From contig JBBCJC010000002.1 of NCBI GenBank assembly GCA_037189525.1, positions 768,001 through 832,000 on the forward strand: a stretch of DNA of 64,000 nt, in the 5' to 3' direction. Under the pieces are notes generated by a model. It had not been told where the DNA came from. It made no database searches and saw only the letters and a program-made list of their open reading frames with translations. The stretch is from Gemmatimonadales bacterium. GTDB taxonomy: Bacteria > Gemmatimonadota > Gemmatimonadetes > Gemmatimonadales > GWC2-71-9. Positions within the stretch are counted from its first letter, which is position 1; each line of letters begins with the position of its first letter. Below are positions 8,779 through 17,974 of this stretch, piece by piece. The translations under genes and the position numbers were made by a program.

Positions 8779-9840
8779 ATGAAACTCTCTCTTCCTGTAG
8801 CGGTGGCTGCGGTTGGTGTCCTTGCGCTGGCCTGCTCCTCCGGTCAATCCGGCGCGAGCCGCGTCACGGTCGCGCCGGAGACCGGCGAGCGCCACTTGAC
8901 CAACATCCGGCAGCTCACCTTCGGCGGTAACAACGCCGAGGCGTATTTCTCGCGCGACGGTCAGAAGATCATCTTCCAGCGGCAGGAACAACTGGAAACC
9001 GGTTGCGACCAGCAATACGTGATGAATGCCGACGGGTCGGGGATGCGCCGGGTCTCGAACGGTCAGGGTCGCACGACCTGCGGTTATTTCTACGACAACG
9101 ATCGCCGGATCCTCTACAGTTCCACCTTCAAGCACGATCCGGCCTGCCCGGCGCGGCCCGATCAGTCGCGCGGCTATGTCTGGCCGCTCGGTCATTTCGA
9201 GATCTACACCGCCAAGGTCGACGGCTCCGATCTCCGCCAGCTGACCAGCAACGGCGCGTACAACGCCGAGGCTACGGTATCGCCGGATGGCCGCTCGATC
9301 ATCTTCACCTCCACGATGGATGGAGATATCGAGCTCTATACCATGGATATCGACGGGTCCAACCTCCGTCGCATCACCAAGCGCGTGGGGTACGACGGCG
9401 GGGCGTTCTTCTCGCCCGACGGCCGCTCGATCGTTTGGCGCGCATGGTATCCCGAAACGGCGCGCGACTCGGCCGACTACAGCGGGCTCCTGCAGCAGCG
9501 GTTGGTGCGTCCGGCGCGGGTCGAGCTCTGGGTTGCCGATCGTGACGGCTCCAATGCCCGGCAGATCACCCGCCTGGGCGGCGCCAACTTCGCGCCGTTT
9601 TTCCATCCGGACGGCAAGCGGATCGTCTTCTCGTCCAATTTCACGGAGCCGCGCAGCGGACGCTTCGATCTGTATCTGATCAATATCGACGGGAGTGGCC
9701 TGGAACGGGTCACCACCTACGAGGATTTCGACAGTTTCCCGATGTTCAGCCCGGACGGCACGAAACTGATCTGGGCGTCGAACCGTAACGGAAAGACGGA
9801 ACGGGAAACCAACCTCTTCATCGCGGATTGGGTGGAATAG
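8779..9840 (+). CDS. TolB-like beta-propeller (PD40 repeat) lipoprotein
   Basis: Start trimmed to ATG at 8779; lipobox ALAC; repeated FSPDG/FSRDG blades. Confidence 0.88.
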   Translation: MKLSLPVAVAAVGVLALACSSGQSGASRVTVAPETGERHLTNIRQLTFGGNNAEAYFSRDGQKIIFQRQEQLETGCDQQYVMNADGSGMRRVSNGQGRTTCGYFYDNDRRILYSSTFKHDPACPARPDQSRGYVWPLGHFEIYTAKVDGSDLRQLTSNGAYNAEATVSPDGRSIIFTSTMDGDIELYTMDIDGSNLRRITKRVGYDGGAFFSPDGRSIVWRAWYPETARDSADYSGLLQQRLVRPARVELWVADRDGSNARQITRLGGANFAPFFHPDGKRIVFSSNFTEPRSGRFDLYLINIDGSGLERVTTYEDFDSFPMFSPDGTKLIWASNRNGKTERETNLFIADWVE

Positions 9841-9846
9841 CGGTCG

Positions 9847-10545
9847 ATGCGCGGGTTCGTGCGCTGGATCTGGGATTGGATCAAATCGATCGCCGTCGCG
9901 CTGGTGGTGTGGTTTTTCCTCCGTACCTTCCTCGTCGAAGCGTTTCGGATCCCGTCCGGCAGCATGGAAAACACCCTCCTGATCGGCGATTTCCTCTTCG
10001 TCAACAAGTTGCTGTACGGGGCGGAAGTGCCCCTGATCGGAAAGCGCCTGCCGGCCGTGCGTGAACCCGAGCGGAACGATGTGATCGTGTTCGACTCGGT
10101 CGAAGAAGAAGGTCTCAAAGTCGTCAAACGGCTGGTCGGTCTCCCGGGCGACACCCTCTCGATGGAAAACGGAACGCTCTACCGTGACGGCCAGAAAGTC
10201 GACGAGCCGTGGGTGGTGCGGACCGACCTCAATTCTCACGCCGACGCATCGTCGCGGGCCCAGATGCGTCGGTGGCAGATCCGGTATTACGTCGGCAGCA
10301 ACCCGGACCGGTACAATCCGGATCTCAATACCTGGGGCCCCATCGTGGTGCCGCCGGATTCCTTCCTGATGCTGGGCGACAACCGCGACGGCTCCTATGA
10401 TGGCCGGTATTACGGCTTTCTGCCGCGGGCCAACGTGCGTGGACGGCCGTTGATCGTCTACTTCAGCTACGACCCGGAGACGTTCAAGCGGGCTCCGTAC
10501 CTGACCAACATTCGCTGGGGCCGCCTCTTTACCACACCGGAGTGA
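9847..10545 (+). CDS. lepB: Signal peptidase I
   Basis: IPSGSMENTLLIGD (catalytic Ser), VKRLVGLPGD (catalytic Lys), LGDNRDGSYDGRY. Confidence 0.96.
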   Translation: MRGFVRWIWDWIKSIAVALVVWFFLRTFLVEAFRIPSGSMENTLLIGDFLFVNKLLYGAEVPLIGKRLPAVREPERNDVIVFDSVEEEGLKVVKRLVGLPGDTLSMENGTLYRDGQKVDEPWVVRTDLNSHADASSRAQMRRWQIRYYVGSNPDRYNPDLNTWGPIVVPPDSFLMLGDNRDGSYDGRYYGFLPRANVRGRPLIVYFSYDPETFKRAPYLTNIRWGRLFTTPE

Positions 10546-10662
10546 CGAGGCCGTTTTCCGGTCATCGACTCCCGGCTCGGCGCGCGACGCGACAGTCCGC
10601 TTTGCCTCGTGCCCGGTCGCCTCTATCTTGCGCCATTCCCCAGAACGCGACGTGATCAGCGC

Positions 10663-11988
10663 ATGATCGTCTCAGGCGCCCGGTGGACCGTCTCCCTTTC
10701 GCTCGCACTCGCGGCCGGATGCGCTGCGGGGGCATCCGGTCCGGTCACGGTGCCGGCTGCCGAGCTACCCAGCCTCGAAGCGGCGCGCACCAGGACGCCA
10801 CGCGATCGCGATCTCCTGGTGCGGCTGGGCGTCGGCTACTATCAGGCCGGCCGCCTGACCCAGGCCATCGATGTGCTCCGCGCCGCTCGCGCCGTCGAAC
10901 CCTCCTTTGCCGGCCTCGTCTATCTCGGACTCGCGTTCGAAGGCGCGGGCAATCTCGACAGCGCGGCAACGGTATACCAGTCGCTCGCCGCGATGCGGCT
11001 CAGTCGTGCCGAGCAAGCGGAGGTGGGGCTGCGGCTCACCAATGTCACGCAGCGGCAACTGGCGGCGTTTGCCCGAGACGCGGTTGCGCGCGAAGGGGCT
11101 TTGAGCCGGGAGCGTCCGACGCCCAACGTGGTGGCGGTGCTGCCCTGGCGCTACCTGGGCAACAACCGGGAGCTCCAACCGCTCGAAAAGGGGATCACGC
11201 ATCTGATCCTCACCGATCTGAGCCGGATCGGATCGCTCCGATTGGTCGAGCGGGAGCGGGTACAGGCGTTGACGCAGGAAATGTCGCTCACGGCCGCGCA
11301 GCGCACCGAGCCCGGAACCGGAGCGCGATCGGGCCGCCTGCTCAAGGCGGAGCGGGTGGTGCAGGGTACTTTGCGGGACGAGCCGCGCGGCGGCAACCTC
11401 CGCCTCGATGCCAGCGCCGTGACCACGCAGACCGGCGCCGTCGCCGCCCGGGGCTCGGCCTCGGATCGCCTGGCCGAGCTGTTTGCCATGCAGAAGCGGG
11501 TGGTGCTGGAACTCATCGGCCAGCTGGGCATCACGCTCTCGGCTGCGGAGCGGCGCGCCATCGACGAGCGCCCGACCGCGGACCTGCAGGCCTTTCTCGC
11601 CTTCAGCCGCGGACTCGATGCGCGCGACCGGGGTGATTTTGCCGCCGCCGCTGCGGAGTTCCAGGCCGCCGTCGCACGCGATCCCGGATTCCAGGATGCA
11701 CGCGAGCAAGCGGCGGCCGCCAATCGGCTCAGTGTCGCCATGGGGCGGACCCCGACTCAGCTTTCCGGTTTCGTGACCGGGCCCGGAACAGCGGGGACCG
11801 AACGCGGGTTCACCACCGCGCTCGATGCCCTCGACATCGTGGCGCCCTCGAGTGCCGGGACCCTGATCCGTCAAACCGCGCACCGTCTGCCGCTGCCCCA
11901 TGCGCGGCCCACCGAGGCGTTGCGACAGGACGATCCTTCCCGGATCCGCTCGATTGCCGAGTTGATCATCGTGATTCCGCGGCCATGA
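10663..11988 (+). CDS. TPR / CsgG-FlgO-like lipoprotein
   Basis: Start trimmed to ATG at 10663; lipobox LAAGC; TPR helices; VAVLPW...LRLVERERV CsgG/TolB-N-like region. Confidence 0.7.
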   Translation: MIVSGARWTVSLSLALAAGCAAGASGPVTVPAAELPSLEAARTRTPRDRDLLVRLGVGYYQAGRLTQAIDVLRAARAVEPSFAGLVYLGLAFEGAGNLDSAATVYQSLAAMRLSRAEQAEVGLRLTNVTQRQLAAFARDAVAREGALSRERPTPNVVAVLPWRYLGNNRELQPLEKGITHLILTDLSRIGSLRLVERERVQALTQEMSLTAAQRTEPGTGARSGRLLKAERVVQGTLRDEPRGGNLRLDASAVTTQTGAVAARGSASDRLAELFAMQKRVVLELIGQLGITLSAAERRAIDERPTADLQAFLAFSRGLDARDRGDFAAAAAEFQAAVARDPGFQDAREQAAAANRLSVAMGRTPTQLSGFVTGPGTAGTERGFTTALDALDIVAPSSAGTLIRQTAHRLPLPHARPTEALRQDDPSRIRSIAELIIVIPRP

Positions 11989-13094
11989 TGCGACACCGTC
12001 TTCTGCTGGTTGCCGCCCTTGTCGTTCCGGCCGGGCTCCGGGCGCAAACTCCGGCCACTGCGGATGAGCGCAACGCCTGGGTGGTTGGTGTGCAGGCTCG
12101 GCAGCTGCGATTCAAAACCGCGGCCGACGAGTTCACCGTGCGCCAGATCGTGGTGCCCGCCGGACTCGGCTGGCGGCGTGGCGCGCTGGGGTTGGATCTG
12201 GGTACGGCCTGGGTGGACAGCCGGCTCGCGGGCGGCGTTGGCTCGCGCTCGGTATCTGGGCTCACGGATACCCAGGTCCGGGGGACCTACACCTTTGGTC
12301 ACGATCTGGCCGTGCTGACCGTGGCGGCGAATCTGCCGACCGGCCTCAAAGACGCCCCGCTCGACGATGCGCCCGTGCTCGGTGCCGTGTCCTCGAGCTT
12401 CCTGGCCTTTCCGGTTCCCGCGCACGGCAGTGGCGCCGCGTTGACGGGCGGGCTGGCCGTGGCCGTTCCCGCCGGCGAATGGAACGTCGGCTTGGCCGGC
12501 AGCCTGCGGTGGAGCGCCGAGTACACTCCCTATCGGGACGGTCAGGCCTCCTACGCCTACCAGCCCGGGATCGAAGGCCGGCTTCGGGCCGGGGTCGACC
12601 GCGTGGTCGGACGGTCTCGCGTTACGGCAGGTCTCACCTTCAGCACCTTCGGCACCGATGAATTCGGAACCGGGTCGACGGTGACCGGAGTCTATCGCCC
12701 CGGCCCCCGCTGGATTGCCGAAGCCGCCACCGTCACGGCGCTCGGCGCGCGGTCGTCGCTGGCGGTGTTCGGGTGGCACTATCAACGCACCGACGGCGAT
12801 GCCGATGGCGTGTCGGTTGGCAACCGGGAGCGGATCAGCAGCCTGGGCGCCTCGGTTCGGTCCTCGCTCACCCCGGCGGTGGAGGGCCATCTGGGCATCG
12901 ATGGCCGGCTCGCGCGCATCGGGGAAACGCCCGGGCGGATGATTGGCGCTGAGGCAGGTCTGGGTCTCCGGATGTCCGAGCGCTTCAGCCTGGTGCCAAC
13001 CATCCGGTACGAATCGGGTCGGTTAGAGCCGGGGTCGGGAGATCAGACCCTTCGGGGATTGTCAGGGTCGGTGTTTCTTCGGAGTCGCCTCTAG
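11985..13094 (+). CDS. Putative outer-membrane beta-barrel protein
   Basis: Signal peptide, alternating hydrophobic beta-strand pattern, ATGA-coupled to the upstream lipoprotein gene. Confidence 0.6.
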   Translation: MMRHRLLLVAALVVPAGLRAQTPATADERNAWVVGVQARQLRFKTAADEFTVRQIVVPAGLGWRRGALGLDLGTAWVDSRLAGGVGSRSVSGLTDTQVRGTYTFGHDLAVLTVAANLPTGLKDAPLDDAPVLGAVSSSFLAFPVPAHGSGAALTGGLAVAVPAGEWNVGLAGSLRWSAEYTPYRDGQASYAYQPGIEGRLRAGVDRVVGRSRVTAGLTFSTFGTDEFGTGSTVTGVYRPGPRWIAEAATVTALGARSSLAVFGWHYQRTDGDADGVSVGNRERISSLGASVRSSLTPAVEGHLGIDGRLARIGETPGRMIGAEAGLGLRMSERFSLVPTIRYESGRLEPGSGDQTLRGLSGSVFLRSRL

Positions 13095-13122
13095 AACTCC
13101 TCGCTATCGAGACACCGTTTTC

Positions 13123-13152
13123 TTGACGGATCCGCTGCCCATGTGATACGTT
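13123..13152 (+). promoter_or_regulatory. Putative sigma70 promoter of the histone H1-like gene
   Basis: TTGACG-N18-TACGTT with an extended -10 TG. Confidence 0.55.
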
Positions 13153-13196
13153 GACGCCCGGTCGGTCCAGCTCGAGACCGGGGAACGAGGGATCAC

Positions 13197-13712
13197 GTGG
13201 CAACCGAACTTGGCGGGATGCAGGTCACATCGCTGATGGAGGCGTTGCCGGGAATCGCATCGGTACTGCGGAATCCCGTCGCGGATGCGTTCGTCGGTTT
13301 GATCCGGGCGGGTGCCCGTCTGGGCGATTTCAAGGTCGCCGACGCGGAAGAGATCCTTCGGTACGCGGTTCGGCGCACCCTGATGACCCAGGACGAAACG
13401 GAACGGGTCCTCGCGGAAGTGCGTGAGGCAACGGAAAAGCGGGCCGAGAAGGCTGCCGAGCGGGAGCGGGGTAAGGCTGCCAAAAAGGCCGCCGCCCCGG
13501 TGGCTGAACCGAAGCGGGCCGAGCCCGTCGAGGCGCGTCGTCCGGAGCCGGCCGAGCCGAAGCGGGTCGAGAAGAAGAAGGCGGCACCCGCGCCGGCCCC
13601 CGCAGCGAAGAAAGCTGCCCCGAAAAAGGCGGCTCCTAAGCCCGCGGCAAAGAGTGCAGCCAAGGCGCCCGCCAAAGCAGCAGCCAAGCCGGCGGCAAAA
13701 AAGCGCAAGTAA
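13197..13712 (+). CDS. Histone H1-like Lys/Ala/Pro-rich protein
   Basis: C-terminal AAKK/PAKK/APKK repeats; RBS GAGGGA before the GTG start. Confidence 0.75.
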   Translation: MATELGGMQVTSLMEALPGIASVLRNPVADAFVGLIRAGARLGDFKVADAEEILRYAVRRTLMTQDETERVLAEVREATEKRAEKAAERERGKAAKKAAAPVAEPKRAEPVEARRPEPAEPKRVEKKKAAPAPAPAAKKAAPKKAAPKPAAKSAAKAPAKAAAKPAAKKRK

Positions 13713-13716
13713 ATCC

Positions 13717-13763
13717 CGCCCGCCAAAGCGGGCGACCGAGCCGGTTCGGGGTCAGCCGGCTCG
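13717..13763. terminator. Hairpins between the convergent H1-like and csp genes
   Basis: CGCCCGC-caaa-GCGGGCG (13717-13734) and CGAGCCGG/CCGGCTCG (13737-13763). Confidence 0.5.
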
Positions 13764-13958
13764 TTTGACGACGTTGGCGGCCTGGGCGCCCTTGGGTCCG
13801 TCGACGATGTCGAACTCGACCGGATCACCCTCGGCGAGCGAACGGAATCCGTCCATGCTGATCGCGGTATGATGGACGAAGATGTCCTTGCCGCCCTCCT
13901 GCGCGATGAAGCCGAACCCCTTCGCGTCGTTGAACCACTTGACGGTGCCTTTCGCCAT
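13752..13958 (-). CDS. cspA: Cold-shock protein (CspA family)
   Basis: [18 protein letters not shown]...DIFVHHTAI (RNP1/RNP2). It is the last 68 aa of the 1042-aa shadow ORF. Confidence 0.96.
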   Translation of the reverse strand: MAKGTVKWFNDAKGFGFIAQEGGKDIFVHHTAISMDGFRSLAEGDPVEFDIVDGPKGAQAANVVKRAG

Positions 13959-14109
13959 CGTTCCTGACCTCATCTGATGGGAGCCTGTTCGGCTCAGAGT
14001 ATCCGTCCGATCACCGTGCGATCGAACGAGCCAATCCGTCTCAGTCGGCGACCCGATGGGATGCCCCGACGGTATGCATGGACGACTGCGCCAGCCCTGC
14101 CTTCCAAAT

Positions 14110-14138
14110 ATTGTCTGGCGCGATTGCAGGTTTGTCAA
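14110..14138 (-). promoter_or_regulatory. Putative sigma70 promoter of csp, implying a ~145-nt 5' UTR
   Basis: Minus-strand TTGACA-N17-GACAAT. Confidence 0.6.
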
Positions 14139-14201
14139 TAAGGTCTTAGGTGTCCGGCAGATCCCGGTAGCGGCCCACTCGACATTCACGGGGAGAACGA
14201 G

Positions 14202-16181
14202 ATGATTGCAGGGTTCCTGGCAGCGGCGATGCTGTTGCAGCAACCGCCGCGGGCCATCGCGCGGGTCCAGATCGAGCCGGCGGGGGCCGAGATCTCGATC
14301 GGCGATACCCTCAAGCTCACGGCGCGGGCGCTCGACGCGGAGGGCCGGGTCATCGACGGCGCCGTCGTCCGGTGGTTGCAGTCCGGCGGTCACTTCGAGG
14401 GCTCGGTCGATTCCACCGGCCAGGTCATCGGCGGGGCCACCGGGACGATCGTGGCCACCGCGCTGGTGCGTTCCGGAGCAAGCGAGCGACCCGTCACGGC
14501 CATTGCGCGGGTGACCGTGCTGCCCTTGCCCGTGTCCCGGATCGAGGTGGAGCCTGTTCCTACGGCCCTGGTGGTGGGGCAGAGTCTCACCCTGGCGGCG
14601 CGACCCTACGCAGCCAACGAGGATCTCCGATCCGATCCGATTGCCTGGTCGAGTGAGAATCCCGGCGTGATTCGGGTTTCGCCCTCCGGCCGGATCACGG
14701 CGGTGGCCAACGGCCGGACCTCGGTCACGGCGCGGGTGGGCTCGGTGGAGCGGGTGCTGCCGATCACGGTCGGAGCCAATCCGGTCCGCTCGCTTGCTGT
14801 GCTGCCGGCAACCGCCAAGGCCCGTACGGGAGATGTGATTCGCTTCCAGGTCCGCGCCAGCGGCGCCGCGGGCCCACTCGAGACCGCCGTGCAGCCGGAA
14901 TGGTCGATTGCGTCGGGGAACGCGCAGATCGACGCCGACGGCGCGTTCGTTGCGGACCTGCCGGGAACTTATCAGGTGTTCGCCTCGTTTGCCGGGCAGA
15001 TGGCGGAGGCGATGGTCGAGGTGGCGCCCCGGGACGCGACTCGGCCGATCAAAGTGCTGGGCCGCCTGCCGATCGGCATGATGACCACCGAGTTCTGGCT
15101 CCATCCGAACGGAAAGATCGGCTACCTGGCTACCGGCGGCCTGACCGGTGTCGGCGGCGATCGTTTGTACGCGGTCGACGTGAGCGACCCGTCCGCGCCG
15201 CGGATCACCGACTCCGTGGTGGTCGACGCGCGTATCGTCAACGACGTGATGACGACGGAAGACGGCAAATATGCGGTGATGACGCGGGAGCAGTCGTCGA
15301 GCCGGAAGAACGGGATCGTGATCCTCTCGCTCGAAGATCCGGCCCACCCCAAGCCGATTGCCGATTACACCGAAACGGTGTCCGGCGGAGTACACAGCAC
15401 TTATGTCTATCAGGGCCACGTCTATCTGACCGACGATGCGACCGGCTCGATGCGTGTCATCAGCCTGGCCGATCCGTACAAACCGCGCGAAGTGGCGCGG
15501 TGGCAGACGCCGCCGCCCGACGCGGGGCGGACGCTGCACGACATCGACGTCAAGGATGGCCTGGCCTATCTCAGCTACTGGAACGACGGTCTGGTGGTGC
15601 TGGATGTCGGCAACGGCATCAAGGGCGGGCGTCCCGACAATCCGGTCTTCGTCTCCCAGTACAAGTACGACCTGAACGCGCTCTATCGCGAGGTCGAGGC
15701 GGTCGGCGGTCCGGGGTTCATTCGCGGGACGCACACGGCGTGGCGCGCGGGCAAGTATGCCTTCGTCGCGGACGAAGTCTTTCCTGCGCAGGCAGTGGGG
15801 CAGGGTGTGCCGGGCTTCGGCCGCGCCTATGGCCGGCTGCAGGTCATCGATCTGTCGGACATCACCAAGCCGAAGAGCGTCGCTTGGTACGAATCGAAGG
15901 ATGGCGGCACCCACAACATCTGGGTGGCGGGCGATACGCTCTTTCTGGGTGACTACCAGGGCGGTTTGCGCATTCTCGATGTCGGCGGTGAGTTGAAGGG
16001 TGATCTGTTGCGGCAGGGGCGTGTGATCGGCAACGTCGTGACGGGCGACAAGGCCGGGCACATTCCGAACGTGGCCGGAACCTGGGGCGCCATCTATCGG
16101 AACGGCTACATCTACGTTCCGGATGTCAACTCCGGGCTGTGGATCGTGCAAATCGAGCCCAAACGGCAACTTACGCCCTAA
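14202..16181 (+). CDS. Secreted Ig-like (Big_2) repeat plus LVIVD-repeat beta-propeller protein
   Basis: Three Ig-like repeats ([20 protein letters not shown]) followed by LVVLDV/LQVIDL/LRILDV repeats. Confidence 0.85.
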   Translation: MIAGFLAAAMLLQQPPRAIARVQIEPAGAEISIGDTLKLTARALDAEGRVIDGAVVRWLQSGGHFEGSVDSTGQVIGGATGTIVATALVRSGASERPVTAIARVTVLPLPVSRIEVEPVPTALVVGQSLTLAARPYAANEDLRSDPIAWSSENPGVIRVSPSGRITAVANGRTSVTARVGSVERVLPITVGANPVRSLAVLPATAKARTGDVIRFQVRASGAAGPLETAVQPEWSIASGNAQIDADGAFVADLPGTYQVFASFAGQMAEAMVEVAPRDATRPIKVLGRLPIGMMTTEFWLHPNGKIGYLATGGLTGVGGDRLYAVDVSDPSAPRITDSVVVDARIVNDVMTTEDGKYAVMTREQSSSRKNGIVILSLEDPAHPKPIADYTETVSGGVHSTYVYQGHVYLTDDATGSMRVISLADPYKPREVARWQTPPPDAGRTLHDIDVKDGLAYLSYWNDGLVVLDVGNGIKGGRPDNPVFVSQYKYDLNALYREVEAVGGPGFIRGTHTAWRAGKYAFVADEVFPAQAVGQGVPGFGRAYGRLQVIDLSDITKPKSVAWYESKDGGTHNIWVAGDTLFLGDYQGGLRILDVGGELKGDLLRQGRVIGNVVTGDKAGHIPNVAGTWGAIYRNGYIYVPDVNSGLWIVQIEPKRQLTP

Positions 16182-16205
16182 CGACCGATCCGATATCTTG
16201 AACTG

Positions 16206-16820
16206 ATGTCGACCACCCCGACGAGCCTCGTGATCCGCACCTTTTCCGATCGCGCCGAGAGCCTTGCGCATTTTCTGCTGCAGGCCGGCGAAGCGCCGCG
16301 GATCATCGCGTTCGACGATGCTGCGGGGTGTCCGGTCGATAGCGCCCTGGCGGCGCTCGAGTGGACCGGCGCGGTCGGCATCCTGCAAGACGATGACATG
16401 ATCCAGGCCGTCCGGCTGACCAGCGAGACGGCCGCTGCCGTGGTCGAGCGGAAGGTCCCGGACGGGCGGCAGTACGTCTATCTCGGTCCTCGCCTCGATG
16501 CGCCGCCGATGGACGTGTTCGAAGGTCGGGTCCTCTTCGATGAGCCCGGAGTCAAAGCGGTCGAGTTCTCTCAGCGAGCCCACGCGTTGGCCCACTTTCT
16601 CCGGGCCACGTCGGGGGTGGGGGCGCTGCTGGCCCTGTTGGGGCGCCGCGCGCCGGAAGTACGTCACATCCGGCGCTGGTTCCGGGCCATCGTGGAGCAG
16701 CTCGACGGACAGCGGATGCTGGTCGGGGGCTGGTTTGCGGCCGGGGCGGCCGGCGCGGTATTCAGTTCGATGGATCCGGTGCCCGATTATCGGTACATCG
16801 AGGTCGGCCTCGACGGCTGA
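16206..16820 (+). CDS. Hypothetical protein with an internal duplication
   Basis: Protein-like [17 protein letters not shown] recurs as [14 protein letters not shown]. Confidence 0.7.
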   Translation: MSTTPTSLVIRTFSDRAESLAHFLLQAGEAPRIIAFDDAAGCPVDSALAALEWTGAVGILQDDDMIQAVRLTSETAAAVVERKVPDGRQYVYLGPRLDAPPMDVFEGRVLFDEPGVKAVEFSQRAHALAHFLRATSGVGALLALLGRRAPEVRHIRRWFRAIVEQLDGQRMLVGGWFAAGAAGAVFSSMDPVPDYRYIEVGLDG

Positions 16821-16821
16821 C

Positions 16822-16917
16822 TTATCCCCATTCTTTCCATCCACATTTTCCACACGGGACGAGCAGCGCCTTAAGCGCATGTCCTATCGCGTCATCAGAC
16901 CCACATCCCGATCCACA
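16822..16917 (+). promoter_or_regulatory. Cluster of co-oriented DnaA-box-like 9-mers
   Basis: TTATCCCCA 16822, CCATCCACA 16837, TTTTCCACA 16846, AGACCCACA 16897, CGATCCACA 16909, compared with consensus TTWTNCACA. Confidence 0.5.
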
Positions 16918-17026
16918 CCGATCGCGTAACCCGAAGAAATAAAGGCACTTGCGAGTTTTTGGGGCGTTTGCAACCTTGCAGATGTCTCCGATAGGGTCAT
17001 TTCTGATGGCTTTATTGTGAGCGACT

Positions 17027-17400
17027 TTCGTCGAACGTCGGGGGAGTGCTGGCGGGGTTCTGCTGAATCCGCAGTCACGTTGAGTCCGGTGATCACGTCG
17101 GCGAAAGCGGTGGAGCCAGTCGCGTGCTCCACCCACTCCGATCTGGCGCCTCGGGGTGCAGTGCGAAGGGTCGGTCCGCGACCCGATCCGACTCGCAGCG
17201 CCTGGATGAGTGAACCGGCGAAGATGGCCATCTGCGTCGGGAATCGTCCCACCGGGCCCTGGCATGCCCTACCGAAGGCGGATCAGCCTTCCGGCGGCAT
17301 CTGGGAGAAGAACGAGGCGCCTGGCGCTTCGACCGGGTGGGAGCTCGTCTGACGAACGGCCGCGACAGGTCTCCGGACTTGTGCGGCCGTTCGGCTTTTT
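17027..17400 (+). ncRNA. Candidate large structured RNA of unrecognised class
   Basis: End-closing helix 17027-17037/17346-17356, at least six nested internal helices, an upstream promoter-like TTGCAA-N18-TAGGGT and a downstream terminator. Confidence 0.55.
17353..17400 (+). terminator. Intrinsic terminator
   Basis: CGAACGGCCGC-g-ACAGGTC-tccg-GACTTGT-GCGGCCGTTCG, an 18-bp stem with a c(UCCG)g loop, followed by gcTTTTT. Confidence 0.75.
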
Positions 17401-17538
17401 CAGGAGGTAGGCGTACAAGATCGCTTCGGTCGGACGTCCCCTTCCCGGAGTGGGCGAAATGCCGCCCGCGGGGGTGGCCATGCGGGCCCGGTGTCGATCC
17501 CCGTGCAAGTAAGTTCCGCTTATTGTCGAGGTGATGAC

Positions 17539-17937
17539 ATGACGACCTCCGTATTCACGACCGGCCGTACCCTGAACGTTGTAATTGCGAGTGACCGAGA
17601 AGCCTTCACCCGCGACCTGGCGGAATCACTGCGAGCCCACGGTCACAACCCGATCGTCCAGGATTCCGGCGGTTCGGCGCTGGACGCGCTGAGCTCCGGG
17701 GCCGATGCGATTCTGGTCGACACCAACCTTCCCGGCGTCGACTGGGAGCAGGTTCGGAGCGCACTCGGCGCCAGCCGCACCAGCGTTCCGGAACCGATCG
17801 ATGCGATCGAGCGTCGCCACATTGCCGCGACGCTCCGGTTCACCGGCGGGAATCGCCGTAACGCCGCGCAGCTCCTGGGGATTGCCCGTTCGACCCTGCT
17901 GGCCAAGATCCGTAAGTACGGTCTCGACCGCGAATAA
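17539..17937 (+). CDS. Fis-family HTH protein with a degenerate, truncated receiver-like N-terminus
   Basis: Start at ATG 17539 after RBS GAGGTG; IERRHIAATLRFTGGNRRNAAQLLGIARSTLLAKIRKYGL; AILVDTNLPG. Confidence 0.85.
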   Translation: MTTSVFTTGRTLNVVIASDREAFTRDLAESLRAHGHNPIVQDSGGSALDALSSGADAILVDTNLPGVDWEQVRSALGASRTSVPEPIDAIERRHIAATLRFTGGNRRNAAQLLGIARSTLLAKIRKYGLDRE

Positions 17938-17946
17938 ACCAACCCG

Positions 17947-17973
17947 CCGGCGGTTCCGTCATGGGGCCGCCGG
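17947..17973. terminator. Hairpin between convergent genes
   Basis: CCGGCGGTTCC-gtcat-GGGGCCGCCGG. Confidence 0.45.
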
Positions 17974-17974
17974 T

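Noticed and set aside
13752..16880. 1042-aa minus-strand ORF ending in a cold-shock domain, suggesting a giant fusion
   Set aside because: It is the antisense shadow of two real plus-strand genes. Only the last 68 codons (csp) have their own RBS and promoter.
17017..17352. 111-aa ORF and opposite-strand ORFs in the intergenic region
   Set aside because: No RBS, no recognisable motifs and atypical composition. The region is better explained as structured RNA.
17005..17400. Assignment to RNase P, tmRNA, SRP or 6S RNA
   Set aside because: Their universally conserved sequences and shapes are not found on either strand.
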